NCBI GenBank assembly: GCA_051013385.1
Contig: CP143273.1
Coordinates: 1 to 64,000, forward strand
Length of the DNA: 64,000 bases
Source: Phormidium sp.
GTDB lineage: Bacteria > Cyanobacteriota > Cyanobacteriia > Cyanobacteriales > Aerosakkonemataceae
Reading direction: 5' to 3'
Below are positions 30,756-40,719 of the stretch, in pieces (position 1 is the first letter of the stretch; the number at the start of each line of letters is the position of its first letter). The translations under genes were made by a program, and so were the position numbers. The notes beneath the pieces were generated by a model. That model saw nothing but the letters and a program-made list of their open reading frames with translations. It was not told the origin of the DNA and searched no databases.

Positions 30756-32210
30756 GTGGTTACTGAAGCTAATCTGAAAAAGGCGATCGAACAACATCAA
30801 CAGCCAGAAGAAGCAACCTTTCAATGGACAAAGCAGTGGTATCCAGTTGCAGTGGTAGAATTTCTCGACCCCACACGCCCCCATGCAATGCAACTATTGG
30901 GCAAAGATGTAGTTTTATGGCGAGATGGCGCAGGTAAATGGCGTTGCTTTGCAGATGCTTGTCCCCATCGACTCGCGCCACTTTCTGAAGGTCGTGTTGA
31001 GTCTGATGGTACGCTGTTATGTGCATACCACGCTTGGCGTTTTGATTCAGAGGGAAAATGTGTCAGCATTCCTCAATCTAAAGACAAGGAAACTGAAGCG
31101 AAACATTGCACAAATCCTAAGTCTTGTGCGATCGCCTATCCCACCCAAGAACTTCAAGGTTTATTATGGGTATGGGCAGAATCAGGTGATCAAGCGGAAG
31201 TAGAAAGTCAAGAGAAAACTCCGCGAATAATTCCTGAACTGGAAGAGAATAGCGATCGGGCAAAAAAGCTATTTTGGAATATCCGTGACTTGCCTTATGG
31301 TTGGGATTTCTTCATAGAAAATGTTTCAGATCCCGCCCATGTTCCTGTTTCCCATCACGGCATCATCGGAAATCGCTACCAAGATGCTAAATATTATGAC
31401 ATGATTCGTGTCCGGGAAATGTCCACCCAGGAAGGTTTCGCTTATGAAATAACACCAACTGCACCCAACATTGCCCAAGCAATTCATGATTTTAAACCCC
31501 CTTGTCAAATGAAAATTGTTACCACTAACACCGATGGTGGACAATTAATTTTAGCTTTATATGCTACTCCAACTCGTCCCGGATGGTGTCGTCATATTGG
31601 CTGTCAGGTATTAGTAAAAAATCAGGAAGGAAAAGAATCGAAAGGTTTAGGATTCTTTGGTTTACCGATGCCAATTTGGTTAGGTCATGTGTTAGCTTCC
31701 CTATTTTTACATCAAGATATGGTGTTTCTCCATTATCAAGAAAAGATCTTAGCAAAACAGCAAAAAGAGCGATGGTTGGATGCTGTTTTTACACCAAATC
31801 CCCAAGATAAAATGGTGATTGCCTTTCGTCAATGGTGGGAAAAAAGGGCTGGTGGTGGTATTCCTTGGGCGGCGGGATGCAATGCCGAACTCCCACCCGC
31901 AGAACGAGATAAACAGAAGTTATTTGATGTTTGGACAACCCACACTAAAAATTGTCGAGTTTGTCAAGATGCTTTAAAAAATATTAATCGTCTGACTGTG
32001 TTGGCTTATATATTAGCAGCAATCTCATTCTTTTTAGCTGTAATGATTGATGCCAGAACTTTAGCAATTTCCGGGGACAATTTCTTACCTCCTTTAGGAT
32101 TTTGGTTAGCCCTGGTCAGTGGGATTGTTTTAGCAATAGGTGGCTATTTGCTGAAAAAATTGAGTCGGCTGTTTTATGTTTATGAGTTTGAACACGCTCA
32201 TAATGATTAA
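30756..32210 (+). CDS. Rieske oxygenase, pheophorbide a oxygenase (PaO/Tic55/PTC52) family
   Basis: CPHRLAPLSEG...CAYHAW Rieske motif, ENVSDPAHVPVSHH iron site, HT..C..C, C-terminal TM helices. Confidence 0.93.
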   Translation: MVTEANLKKAIEQHQQPEEATFQWTKQWYPVAVVEFLDPTRPHAMQLLGKDVVLWRDGAGKWRCFADACPHRLAPLSEGRVESDGTLLCAYHAWRFDSEGKCVSIPQSKDKETEAKHCTNPKSCAIAYPTQELQGLLWVWAESGDQAEVESQEKTPRIIPELEENSDRAKKLFWNIRDLPYGWDFFIENVSDPAHVPVSHHGIIGNRYQDAKYYDMIRVREMSTQEGFAYEITPTAPNIAQAIHDFKPPCQMKIVTTNTDGGQLILALYATPTRPGWCRHIGCQVLVKNQEGKESKGLGFFGLPMPIWLGHVLASLFLHQDMVFLHYQEKILAKQQKERWLDAVFTPNPQDKMVIAFRQWWEKRAGGGIPWAAGCNAELPPAERDKQKLFDVWTTHTKNCRVCQDALKNINRLTVLAYILAAISFFLAVMIDARTLAISGDNFLPPLGFWLALVSGIVLAIGGYLLKKLSRLFYVYEFEHAHND

Positions 32211-32391
32211 TTTGTTTAATATTGATTACTTAAATGTTGACGACAGATGCTTGGGATGGGCGGGTTTTGATTTCTATATTATCTATGGGTATTCCAATCT
32301 TCTGGCTAAACCCGCCCCTACTCATTTGTATTAATCATTTATGTAAACAATATAATTTGTTTAACTACTCAACTCTTTTCCTGAAATACCA

Positions 32392-32994
32392 GTGAACTAC
32401 TATCAACAACATCCTAACGCTTTGCCACTGAATTACCTCAACGACTTGCGAGGAGAAATTCTCGCAAGTCCTTATTTCGCCGTCAACAATCTCAACCGTG
32501 ATTTTGTTGGCACTAAAGGTTTTTCAGTAGTCTTTCATCGTTCAGAAATTGCGGAAGTTGAACGAAAGTTTCCCTTTTTTAAACCTTATTTAGACCGAGC
32601 CTTAGAGCCTGTTTGTAATGCTTTTTACCTGAATCCGTTGCTACTTCAGGAAGGTTCGCGAGTTGATCCACATATCGATCGCTCTCTCCGCTCCTACTGC
32701 AAAACCATTGAACCACCAATGGTAGTCAGCGTGCTTTACGTGCAAGTACCAGAAAATTTGCAAGGAGGCGAATTAGTCCTCCGAAATCATAAACAACAAG
32801 TCGGGCAAATTAAACCACAAGTTAACACATTAGTTTATTTTCAAGGAGACTTAACCCATTCGGTAAATGCAGTAAAAACCCCTGGAACTCGTCTCAGTTT
32901 AGTTTGCGAACAGTATAGTTTAAGCGAAAAAGAATTGCAAGACATTCCTGAATTTACAGTGGAATCTAGAGCAATGAAGGCGAAAAAGCGGTAA
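32392..32994 (+). CDS. 2OG-Fe(II) oxygenase
   Basis: PHID, GGELVL, HSV, RLSLV motifs. Confidence 0.88.
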   Translation: MNYYQQHPNALPLNYLNDLRGEILASPYFAVNNLNRDFVGTKGFSVVFHRSEIAEVERKFPFFKPYLDRALEPVCNAFYLNPLLLQEGSRVDPHIDRSLRSYCKTIEPPMVVSVLYVQVPENLQGGELVLRNHKQQVGQIKPQVNTLVYFQGDLTHSVNAVKTPGTRLSLVCEQYSLSEKELQDIPEFTVESRAMKAKKR

Positions 32995-33066
32995 GATAAC
33001 AAAACCTAAAAGCGATCGACTTAAAAATTATCTTCCATTCAACTCTAAACTACTGTTACTCCAACA

Positions 33067-33576
33067 ATGATGCACTCTTTACGATTCCTATCTTTTACCT
33101 TAATCCTGTGTGGTTTTCTGCAAAATTTAGCGATCGCTTTTCCACCAAATTTATCCCCAGACTTCAGCAAAGCTAATCAAATTAACGCTCAAATTGAACC
33201 TGCAACCGATGAAGCATTTTACAATGGAACCGTGCAGCAACTCGAACAAAGCACTAAAGGCTGCAAAAAAAGCCGCAGAAACATCGGTAATATGACTTAC
33301 CAAATTTGTACCATTAACGGTCAACCAGTGCAAGCTTCTGAAGCGCTAACTCAAGAGGGAGATGGTTTAGGATACTGGTTTAAGAACAAACAAGTTAGAG
33401 CAATTCGCTTTTTTCATAATGGCGATTTGGCGATTTTCAACGATGGGAAATTAGCAGCTTTGTATTATGATGGTGATAAAATGAAAACTGATTTTACCGC
33501 ATCGGAAAGGAAAGATTTAGAAGCAACTGCTAGAACTGGCTACCGCCGGATTTTCCAGGTTTTTAAAATTCGGTAA
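33067..33576 (+). CDS. Hypothetical secreted protein
   Basis: Signal peptide ending AIA; 169 aa. Confidence 0.7.
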   Translation: MMHSLRFLSFTLILCGFLQNLAIAFPPNLSPDFSKANQINAQIEPATDEAFYNGTVQQLEQSTKGCKKSRRNIGNMTYQICTINGQPVQASEALTQEGDGLGYWFKNKQVRAIRFFHNGDLAIFNDGKLAALYYDGDKMKTDFTASERKDLEATARTGYRRIFQVFKIR

Positions 33577-33605
33577 TTGGGGAGAGTACGATCGCTTAAA
33601 ACAAA

Positions 33606-33930
33606 TTAAATATTAAAAGCCTGACAAAGTTCTGCAACAGATTTCATCGGTAGATAAAGTTTCATTGGTTCTTGTTTGAACGGTTGAAAACCATATTTTT
33701 GATAGAAATTTGTGGCTCTCTCATTTAGGGCTTCTGCTATTACAGCTAAAGATGCTACTTGTGCAGTTGCCAAGAGTGCCTTTTTCAAGGAATCGATCAG
33801 AATTAATTCACCTAAATGATTATTTTGCTGAGTGCGATCGACCGCCAAACGACCGAGCAAAGTAGCCGGAAGCAGGGGATAGCGAGGCAAATTTTTAGCA
33901 AAAGATTCGCTCAGTTCTGTTAATGCGTAC
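33606..33930 (-). pseudogene. 5'-truncated GNAT acetyltransferase (TA toxin type)
   Basis: LPRYP.LPATLLGRLAVD, A.N..A..FY.KYGF; N-terminal part missing. Confidence 0.75.
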
Positions 33931-34476
33931 GAATCCAGAGAAAAAAGAATAATTACTGAAATCAACCGGGAAAAACTTCCCAGTTTTGCTGAATCTTTAA
34001 AAAGAAATAAGTATATGGACTTGCAGCCTTTTTATCAGAGAAGGTTGCGTTGGGATGAAAAAAAACAGTCACGTTTGATCGAATCATTCCTGATTAATAT
34101 TCCTGTTCCTCCTATTATACTGTTTGAAAAAGAGTATAACTTTTATGAAGTGATGGATGGTCAACAAAGAATCACTGCTATTCGGGATTTTTACGAAAAC
34201 AAACTAAGGTTAACTGGGCTTGAACTTTGGTCAGAACTTAATGGGCGAACCTACTATGAGCGATTTGTTGAAAATTTAATTTCAGATTGGCTGAGACTTT
34301 TGCCAGATCTTGTTTCAGACTATTCAAACTTAGGAGAAACCATCTTAAATACTCATTGTCAAGGAATAGGGCGCTTGCTGCTGGAACGGAACAAGAATAG
34401 ATTTCAACATCTTTCAGTTGAGAAAAGCGATCGCACTGATGTCTGGGTGCTACTTTTCTGTATAAGCTTTAGATGA
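33928..34476 (+). pseudogene. DUF262 (ParB-like/GmrS-type) fragment fused to unrelated sequence
   Basis: YESREKRIITEINREKLP upstream in frame, PFYQRR..W, SRLIES..INIPVPP, VMDGQQR; similarity lost after LNGRTY. Confidence 0.75.
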
Positions 34477-34567
34477 TGAGGAAAAAAAATTTGCCACGCA
34501 AGCTTTACCTCCTCTGTCTTTAAGAAGAGGAGAGAATAAATTAAAGGCGATCGCTTACTGACTTAAA

Positions 34568-34741
34568 CTGAGATCTTGAACCTGCGATTTTAGCCCGCCC
34601 GGAAATCAATTTCCGGGCTAATAGCTCAACTCCATTAAAATGGACTAAATACTTACGTTTCACTCCTATGATAGAGGACTTTAGCTATAAGAAAAGCCAA
34701 TTGATTCGCAGGCGGATTTTGGGACTGGTGCAAGATCTGAG
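34568..34741. mobile_element. MITE with CT(G/C)AGATCTTG TIRs and a different interior
   Basis: ctgagatcttg...caagatctgag, ttaaa duplication; internal cccggaaatcaatttccggg hairpin. Confidence 0.75.
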
Positions 34742-34770
34742 TTAAACTGAATGTATTTCCCAAATGTTAC

Positions 34771-35046
34771 TTACTTAGAAGGTTGATCTACCTGAGTCGG
34801 AACATCAAACAGATTATAGCGATTGAGAAAAGTAATCACACCTACAGCTAAAATTGCTCCCAAAGTAACACCAATAGCAATCAAAATTAAGGTGAGACTT
34901 TTTAAACTCTGTTTCGCTGCTTTTACCTCTTTACTCTGCGTAGTCGTTGGTTCTACTTCTTGATTAATCGGCTGTTGATGGTTATTTAGCTTACCCAAGC
35001 CGTTAGAGTCATCATCTTCGGAATTATTAAATGGATGCTGGTTCAT
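34771..35046 (-). CDS. Small hypothetical single-TM protein
   Basis: LILIAIGVTLGAILAVGVI hydrophobic helix. Confidence 0.7.
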   Translation of the reverse strand: MNQHPFNNSEDDDSNGLGKLNNHQQPINQEVEPTTTQSKEVKAAKQSLKSLTLILIAIGVTLGAILAVGVITFLNRYNLFDVPTQVDQPSK

Positions 35047-35080
35047 AATTTTATAAAAAATCTTGTTTGTACTGAAATCA

Positions 35081-35831
35081 TCAACCTTGCCACTGCGTCA
35101 ACAACCAAGCACTAACTTTACCATGATTCATTTCTCGACTGCGCCGCAAAGCTGCTTCTAAAATGGCAATTTCTAAACCAGTAATCACCTGAGATCGATC
35201 GATCCTTCGACTACCTCTGTCCAAAATTTCTAAGGCAATTATTTCCACATTTTGAACATCAATAATCCAATATTCCTGCACTCCCAAAGATTCGTAAAGT
35301 AACCGTTTCTCACCTTTATCATCAGCTAAAGAACTATAGGCAACTTCAATTACAGGACTTACGCAGCGTGGGTCAAAAACCCGGTTTGGAGCGTTAACCT
35401 TGCTCATCTAAACCAACGATTTTGTTGAGAAACCGGGTTTTTATGCGTAAGTCCTAAATTACTAAATCAGGCGGTGGATAAATATCAAGATCGATGATAG
35501 TTGTTTCCCAAGGTACAATTTCCGCATTTTCTCCCACATAAAATGAGACATCTGGTTGTGCTTCCTCATAGCCTGTTTTGCGGTAGGTGCAGTTATCATG
35601 ACTGTATAGGTTAATTTGGTTCAGTCCTGCAAAAAGACAAATAGCATAAATAATGATTGGGTGATCGCGAGAATGTGCATTACCAAACGGAGGCATTTCC
35701 AACCTCATGCGTCCTTTGTAATAATAGCTTTTAGCTTTTTCGTAAGTGCGATCGCAAATCACCTGCAAATATTCTTCCCAAGTCGCATTTATCCAAGTAT
35801 CCGTTAGCAGTTGCGTTTGTAGCTGACTCAT
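35081..35831 (-). pseudogene. Uma2 family endonuclease disrupted by a MITE
   Basis: PPPDLVI (35454 ORF end) and VIEVAYSSL (35081 ORF) rejoin to PPPDLVIEVA when 35354-35462 is removed. Confidence 0.9.
35354..35456. mobile_element. MITE with AGGACTTACGCA terminal inverted repeats
   Basis: aggacttacgca (35354) / tgcgtaagtcct (35444-35455); aattac duplicated at 35348 and 35457. Confidence 0.9.
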
Positions 35832-35919
35832 AAACAGTACCATTAATGTGCGACCATCACATTTTAAACGAATCGCCCAACCTACGGCACAATATAAAGA
35901 AGTCAACAATGGAGTATTT

Positions 35920-36498
35920 ATGGCTAAGAAAGGTAAAAAGCACAATCTCCAATGGATCAAAGAAACTCTAGAGTTAAAAGAAGACCACAACTGGAAATCA
36001 ACCCCAGGAACTCGCATCTTTGTTGCTGGAAGAGGGGCGGTACGCTTTGATGTGCCCCAAGATTGGCATTTTGAACCAGATACAAAATCATTTCGGTTTT
36101 TAGACAAAAAACCACCAAATGATGATTGTCGCTTAGAAGCTTCTTATAATTTACTTCCCCAAGGCGATTGGTCAGAATTTCCCTTAGTTCCCCTATTAAA
36201 GCAGATCGTTCGCGATGATGAACGGAATCCGATCGCACAAGGAGAAATTGTCCAATTCAAACGTCAAACCGCCCGTGTTGTTTGGACAGAAATTAAATTT
36301 ATTGACCCCAACGAAAACCGCGAAGCTTTTTCCCGAATTTGCATTGGTTTAGGTTCTGGTGTGCAATGTTTAATTACCTTTGACTTCTGGGCAGATCAAG
36401 CAGAAAAGCTAATTCCAGTATGGGATACAGTGATGAATTCTTTAGTTCTCGGTTTGTATATCCGCGATCCTCGCACAGGATTTGCATTACCTGATTAG
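35920..36498 (+). CDS. Conserved hypothetical protein
   Basis: GGAG RBS before ATG 35920; 192 aa globular protein. Confidence 0.75.
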   Translation: MAKKGKKHNLQWIKETLELKEDHNWKSTPGTRIFVAGRGAVRFDVPQDWHFEPDTKSFRFLDKKPPNDDCRLEASYNLLPQGDWSEFPLVPLLKQIVRDDERNPIAQGEIVQFKRQTARVVWTEIKFIDPNENREAFSRICIGLGSGVQCLITFDFWADQAEKLIPVWDTVMNSLVLGLYIRDPRTGFALPD

Positions 36499-36591
36499 TT
36501 AAATATAAAACTTTAGTAAAAGCTAGGTTGATTTGGTTTTTCTCATTTTTGCCTAGCGCAATTTTCAATGATTTTCAAAGGGGGAAATCAA

Positions 36592-37191
36592 ATGATTATG
36601 CAAGCAGAACATAAAAAATATTACACTGCTGACGAATACCTTGATTTTGAGGTGAATTCAGAACAACGTCATGAATATATTAACGGAGAAATAGTGCCGA
36701 TGGCTGGTGGAATGCCGAATCACAACACAATTGCTGGCAATCTTTATGCTGCATTAAATTTTGCACTCAAGCGTCAACCCTATAGGGCTTTTGTTACAGA
36801 TCAACGGCTTTGGATTCCTGAAAAACGGATCTATACTTATCCTGATGTAATGGTAGTTCAAGGCGAATTACAATTGCAAGAAGGACGTAAAGATACTATT
36901 ACTAATCCTTTATTTATTGCTGAAGTTTTGTCGGATTCTACCAGGAATTATGATAAAGATGCAAAGTTTGCAGCTTATCGTACTATTCCCAGTTTTCAGG
37001 AGTATCTTTTAATTGACCAGTACAAGATGCACATTGAGCAGTATTTTAGGACCGATCGCAAAACCTGGATTTTTTCCGAATATGACGCTCTAAATGAAAC
37101 AATCTCGTTAAATTCCCTTTCCTTAGAAATAACCTTGGCAGATATTTATGATAAAGTTGAGTTTGAAGTAATAGAAGATAGCGAGAATTAA
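36592..37191 (+). CDS. Uma2 family putative endonuclease
   Basis: RHEYINGEI..MAGG, YPDVMV, AEVLS.ST, QEYLLIDQ. Confidence 0.92.
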   Translation: MIMQAEHKKYYTADEYLDFEVNSEQRHEYINGEIVPMAGGMPNHNTIAGNLYAALNFALKRQPYRAFVTDQRLWIPEKRIYTYPDVMVVQGELQLQEGRKDTITNPLFIAEVLSDSTRNYDKDAKFAAYRTIPSFQEYLLIDQYKMHIEQYFRTDRKTWIFSEYDALNETISLNSLSLEITLADIYDKVEFEVIEDSEN

Positions 37192-37459
37192 GAGCATTTT
37201 TCACCGCAGATAAACGCAAACATTTAACTATTATAGCTGCCAACGTCTAGCAACTAGAATACGATCCACCAATGACTCCAGAGTGCTTTGTATTGTAGGA
37301 GCAAAACCGAAGTTTGGAATGATATAAATGTCACCGATTTGGATAGCCTCATTCTCGTATAATCTAGCAGCTTCACCATGCTGCTGAATTAATTTTTCTA
37401 ACTTTTTGGAAAACATATATACAATTTACGCTAATAGTAAACGTTAAAATACTGACGTA

Positions 37460-37491
37460 GATCCCCGACTTCTTCAAGAAGTCGGGGATCT
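37460..37491. repeat. GATCCCCGACTTC...GAAGTCGGGGATC palindrome
   Basis: Near-identical copy at about 45133-45165. Confidence 0.85.
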
Positions 37492-37549
37492 ATACCCACA
37501 ATAGAGTAAAATTTCTTTACATACCGCCATTTGCTAACCAATCAATCCC

Positions 37550-39061
37550 ATGTTTTGCGATTACCTGCAACTTATCCTCACCGCCCGTGTTTACGATGTA
37601 GCCCAAGAAACTCCTTTAGAATACGCCCCTAATCTTTCTAAACGTCTGAATAACCAACTGCTGCTAAAGCGGGAGGATATGCAATCTGTTTTCTCTTTTA
37701 AATTGCGGGGTGCTTATAACAAAATGGCACAATTACCGCCAGATATTTTAGCGCAAGGTGTCATTGCGGCATCTGCGGGAAATCATGCCCAAGGTGTTGC
37801 CCTTGGTGCTAGTAAATTGGGAACAAAAGCGATTATTGTGATGCCAGTAACTACGCCGCAAGTAAAAGTTGATGCGGTGAAAGCTAGAGGCGGAGAAGTT
37901 GTTTTGTATGGCGATACTTTTGATGAAGCTTGTTGTTATGCGCGTCAATTAGAAATAGAAAAAGGGTTAACTTTTATTCATCCTTTTGACGATCCTCATG
38001 TGATTGCTGGGCAGGGTACGATCGGCATGGAAATTCTGCGACAATATCAGAAACCAATTCATGCTATTTTTGTGGCAATTGGAGGCGGTGGTTTAATTTC
38101 CGGTATTGGCGCTTATGTAAAACGCATTCGTCCAGATATTAAAATTATTGGTGTAGAACCTGTGGATGCTGATGCCATGTATCAGTCTTTGAAAGCAGGA
38201 GAAAGGGTAAAATTACCACAGGTGGGTTTATTCGCTGATGGTGTAGCTGTGCGAGAAGTGGGAGAGGAAACTTTTCGCCTGTGTCAGGAATATTTAGATG
38301 ATATTATTTTGGTGGATACAGATGATACTTGTGCGGCAATTAAAGATGTTTTTGAGGATACAAGATCAATTTTAGAGCCAGCAGGTGCATTAGCGATCGC
38401 AGGTGCCAAAGCTTACGTTGAAAGAGAGCAAATTGCAGGACAAACTTTAGTTGCTGTCGCTTGTGGTGCTAATATGAATTTCGATCGCCTACGTTTCGTT
38501 GCCGAAAGAGCAGAATTAGGCGAACACCGCGAAGCAATTTTTGCCGTCACAATTCCCGAAACTCCAGGTAGTCTCCGCAAATTTTGCGAATGTATGGGGA
38601 GACGCAGTTTAACTGAATTCAACTATCGCATTGCAGATGAAAAAATCGCCCATATTTTTGTCGGCGTGCAAGTCCAAAATCGTGCCGATGCTGTCAAAAT
38701 GGTAGAAGCTTTTGAAGCTCACGGATTGAAAACAATTGATTTAACAGATGATGAATTAACAAAATTACATTTGCGTCACATGGTAGGCGGACGTTCTCCA
38801 CTTGCACATAATGAATTATTGTACCGTTTTGAATTTCCTGAACGTCCCGGCGCATTAATGAAATTCGTTAATTCCATGAGCCCGAATTGGAATATTAGCG
38901 TATTTCACTATCGCAATAATGGATCGGATTACGGCAGAATTGTTGTCGGAATTCAAGTACCGCCTGATGAGATGAAAGAGTGGCAAGCATTTCTTGATAC
39001 CTTGGGTTATCGCTATTGGGATGAAAGTCAAAATCCCGCTTATAAGTTGTTTTTGGGGTAG
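37550..39061 (+). CDS. ilvA: Threonine ammonia-lyase, biosynthetic
   Basis: SFKLRGAYN, SAGNHAQG, two C-terminal regulatory domains (FEFPERPGAL). Confidence 0.98.
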   Translation: MFCDYLQLILTARVYDVAQETPLEYAPNLSKRLNNQLLLKREDMQSVFSFKLRGAYNKMAQLPPDILAQGVIAASAGNHAQGVALGASKLGTKAIIVMPVTTPQVKVDAVKARGGEVVLYGDTFDEACCYARQLEIEKGLTFIHPFDDPHVIAGQGTIGMEILRQYQKPIHAIFVAIGGGGLISGIGAYVKRIRPDIKIIGVEPVDADAMYQSLKAGERVKLPQVGLFADGVAVREVGEETFRLCQEYLDDIILVDTDDTCAAIKDVFEDTRSILEPAGALAIAGAKAYVEREQIAGQTLVAVACGANMNFDRLRFVAERAELGEHREAIFAVTIPETPGSLRKFCECMGRRSLTEFNYRIADEKIAHIFVGVQVQNRADAVKMVEAFEAHGLKTIDLTDDELTKLHLRHMVGGRSPLAHNELLYRFEFPERPGALMKFVNSMSPNWNISVFHYRNNGSDYGRIVVGIQVPPDEMKEWQAFLDTLGYRYWDESQNPAYKLFLG

Positions 39062-39099
39062 ATTAAAAAGTATTAAATAGGTTTGAAAGTGTAATTATT

Positions 39100-39393
39100 G
39101 TGTTTGAGATTGAGTTTACAGACCAAGCTGTTGAGGATTTACAATGGTTCAAAAAACATGAGCAAAACGTAATTATTGATGGCATTGAAGCAAATCTTAG
39201 TTATCAGCCAACAACTGAGACACGCAACCGAAAACCCCTACGCCCAAATAATACGGCAGAATGGGAATTGAGGTTGGGCGAGTATCGCGTTTTGTACAAT
39301 GTTGAGGAACTAGTTAGTATTGTAAGTATCGAGCGTATAGCTGCCAAGCCAGGAAACAAGTACATATTTCAAGGAGAAGAGGGGGAACTATAA
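39100..39393 (+). CDS. RelE/ParE-family toxin
   Basis: FEIEFT..A..DL, WELRLGEYRVLY. Confidence 0.85.
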   Translation: MFEIEFTDQAVEDLQWFKKHEQNVIIDGIEANLSYQPTTETRNRKPLRPNNTAEWELRLGEYRVLYNVEELVSIVSIERIAAKPGNKYIFQGEEGEL

Positions 39394-39692
39394 TGCACTG
39401 GGATTATCGGGTATTTTTTGAGGATGGGGGCTATTTAATCCGCACGGTATATTATGATGATGAGGGTGCGATCGTTGCTTGTTCGGAAAAAGCGATCGAA
39501 CCTTTTGGAGAATCACTAGAAGACCTTCAAAAAGAACTAAATCTTCTGCAAACAGCTGTCACAAAAAAAGTTCTTACTGCTTCAGATATACCAAATCAAA
39601 CTGTTCGTCCAAAGGCAAAAAGAGGCAAATCCTTAGCAGCAGTTCGACAACAGCTTGGCTTACAGTCAAAAGCAGTTAAAGAAGTTAGTTGA
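39393..39692 (+). CDS. Hypothetical protein coupled to the RelE toxin, putative antitoxin
   Basis: TAATG stop/start overlap; acidic W.YRV...VYYDD.G...GESLEDL region. Confidence 0.7.
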   Translation: MHWDYRVFFEDGGYLIRTVYYDDEGAIVACSEKAIEPFGESLEDLQKELNLLQTAVTKKVLTASDIPNQTVRPKAKRGKSLAAVRQQLGLQSKAVKEVS

Positions 39693-39748
39693 CTGCAAAA
39701 AATGAAGGCAATGAAATTAAAAAAAAACTAAATCTAAAGCAGTTGTCT

Positions 39749-40507
39749 TCATCTGAGCATTGAAGGAGCATAGGTTATAAATACCAAAAGTCCTACTATG
39801 AAACCTATGATATTTCCTACAGAACCCAAGCCAATGCTTGCAAAAAATATTGCAACAAAGAATCCAGAAATTCCACTTAAAAGAAAGAGTATTGGTAATC
39901 CAAACACGACAAAACTAGACAAGTTTGCTATTGTGTAATTCATTTTTTCTCTTTCTCTTATTTTTCTAGCTTTTTCAGCTTCTGCTTCCTCTAACCGCTT
40001 TTTATTCTGCTCTGCTTCTTTTCTTTTTTGCTGTCTTTGGTTCTCTTCTATTTCCCAATTTGGATAGGCTTTATTAGCACACAACTTATGATAAATGTTA
40101 TAATTATAATTAACTTCAAAACCTTTTAATACCGTATTTCTACAATGTTTACATTTGCCAGCATAATATTCGTTCACAGAGAAAGAATGCCCACAGTTGT
40201 GACAATTTGTATCTTTTAAAGAATGTGAAATTGTTACGCTTGTTCGACAAACTGGACATTGGTATACAATTTTTTGGTTTCCAACTACTTCTTGCTGAAC
40301 CCAATTGAGGCATTCTTCGTGAGCGGAATATATAGGATCACCATCAGAATCTAAAACTTGTTTAACTTTTGACTTTCGCAATTTCTTGTTACAGATGTGA
40401 CAAGTAATACCAAAAGGCGATGTTGTTTGGCAATGGGGACATTTGTAGGCAGAAGAACTTATTTGTTTTTCGCATTCAATACAGCGGGTTAAATAAGGCT
40501 GGTTCAT
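39749..40507 (-). CDS. Multi-zinc-ribbon, coiled-coil, 2-TM hypothetical protein
   Basis: Six CxxC and two HxxC motifs, charged coil, C-terminal hydrophobic helices. Confidence 0.75.
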   Translation of the reverse strand: MNQPYLTRCIECEKQISSSAYKCPHCQTTSPFGITCHICNKKLRKSKVKQVLDSDGDPIYSAHEECLNWVQQEVVGNQKIVYQCPVCRTSVTISHSLKDTNCHNCGHSFSVNEYYAGKCKHCRNTVLKGFEVNYNYNIYHKLCANKAYPNWEIEENQRQQKRKEAEQNKKRLEEAEAEKARKIREREKMNYTIANLSSFVVFGLPILFLLSGISGFFVAIFFASIGLGSVGNIIGFIVGLLVFITYAPSMLR

Positions 40508-40648
40508 ACTAATGACTTTGTGTTAACTCTTAAATAAAGGAAAAATTTGGATTCAATAGAATACAAATGAAATACTCCATCTTATGCTAGACCGATCGCA
40601 CCAAACTGAACAGGATAAAAAGACAAATTTTGGTTAATTTTTTTGAAA

Positions 40649-40688
40649 AAGACTGATTAAGACTGAAAAAGACAGATTAAGACAGTTA
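40649..40688 (+). promoter_or_regulatory. Four 10-bp direct repeats upstream of an HTH gene, putative operator
   Basis: aagactgatt aagactgaaa aagacagatt aagacagtta immediately followed by TATAAT. Confidence 0.5.
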
Positions 40689-40719
40689 TAATAACTAAGT
40701 TGCTTTCACCCCCTAGATT

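Noticed and set aside
35832..36107. N-terminal extension of ORF 35454-36107 overlapping 35848-36498
   Set aside because: Uma2 similarity starts at Met 35831 and the plus gene has an RBS at 35920; both extensions are open-frame artefacts
37231..37416. 61-aa minus-strand ORF between Uma2 and ilvA
   Set aside because: May be a gene remnant, but I cannot assign a family or support expression
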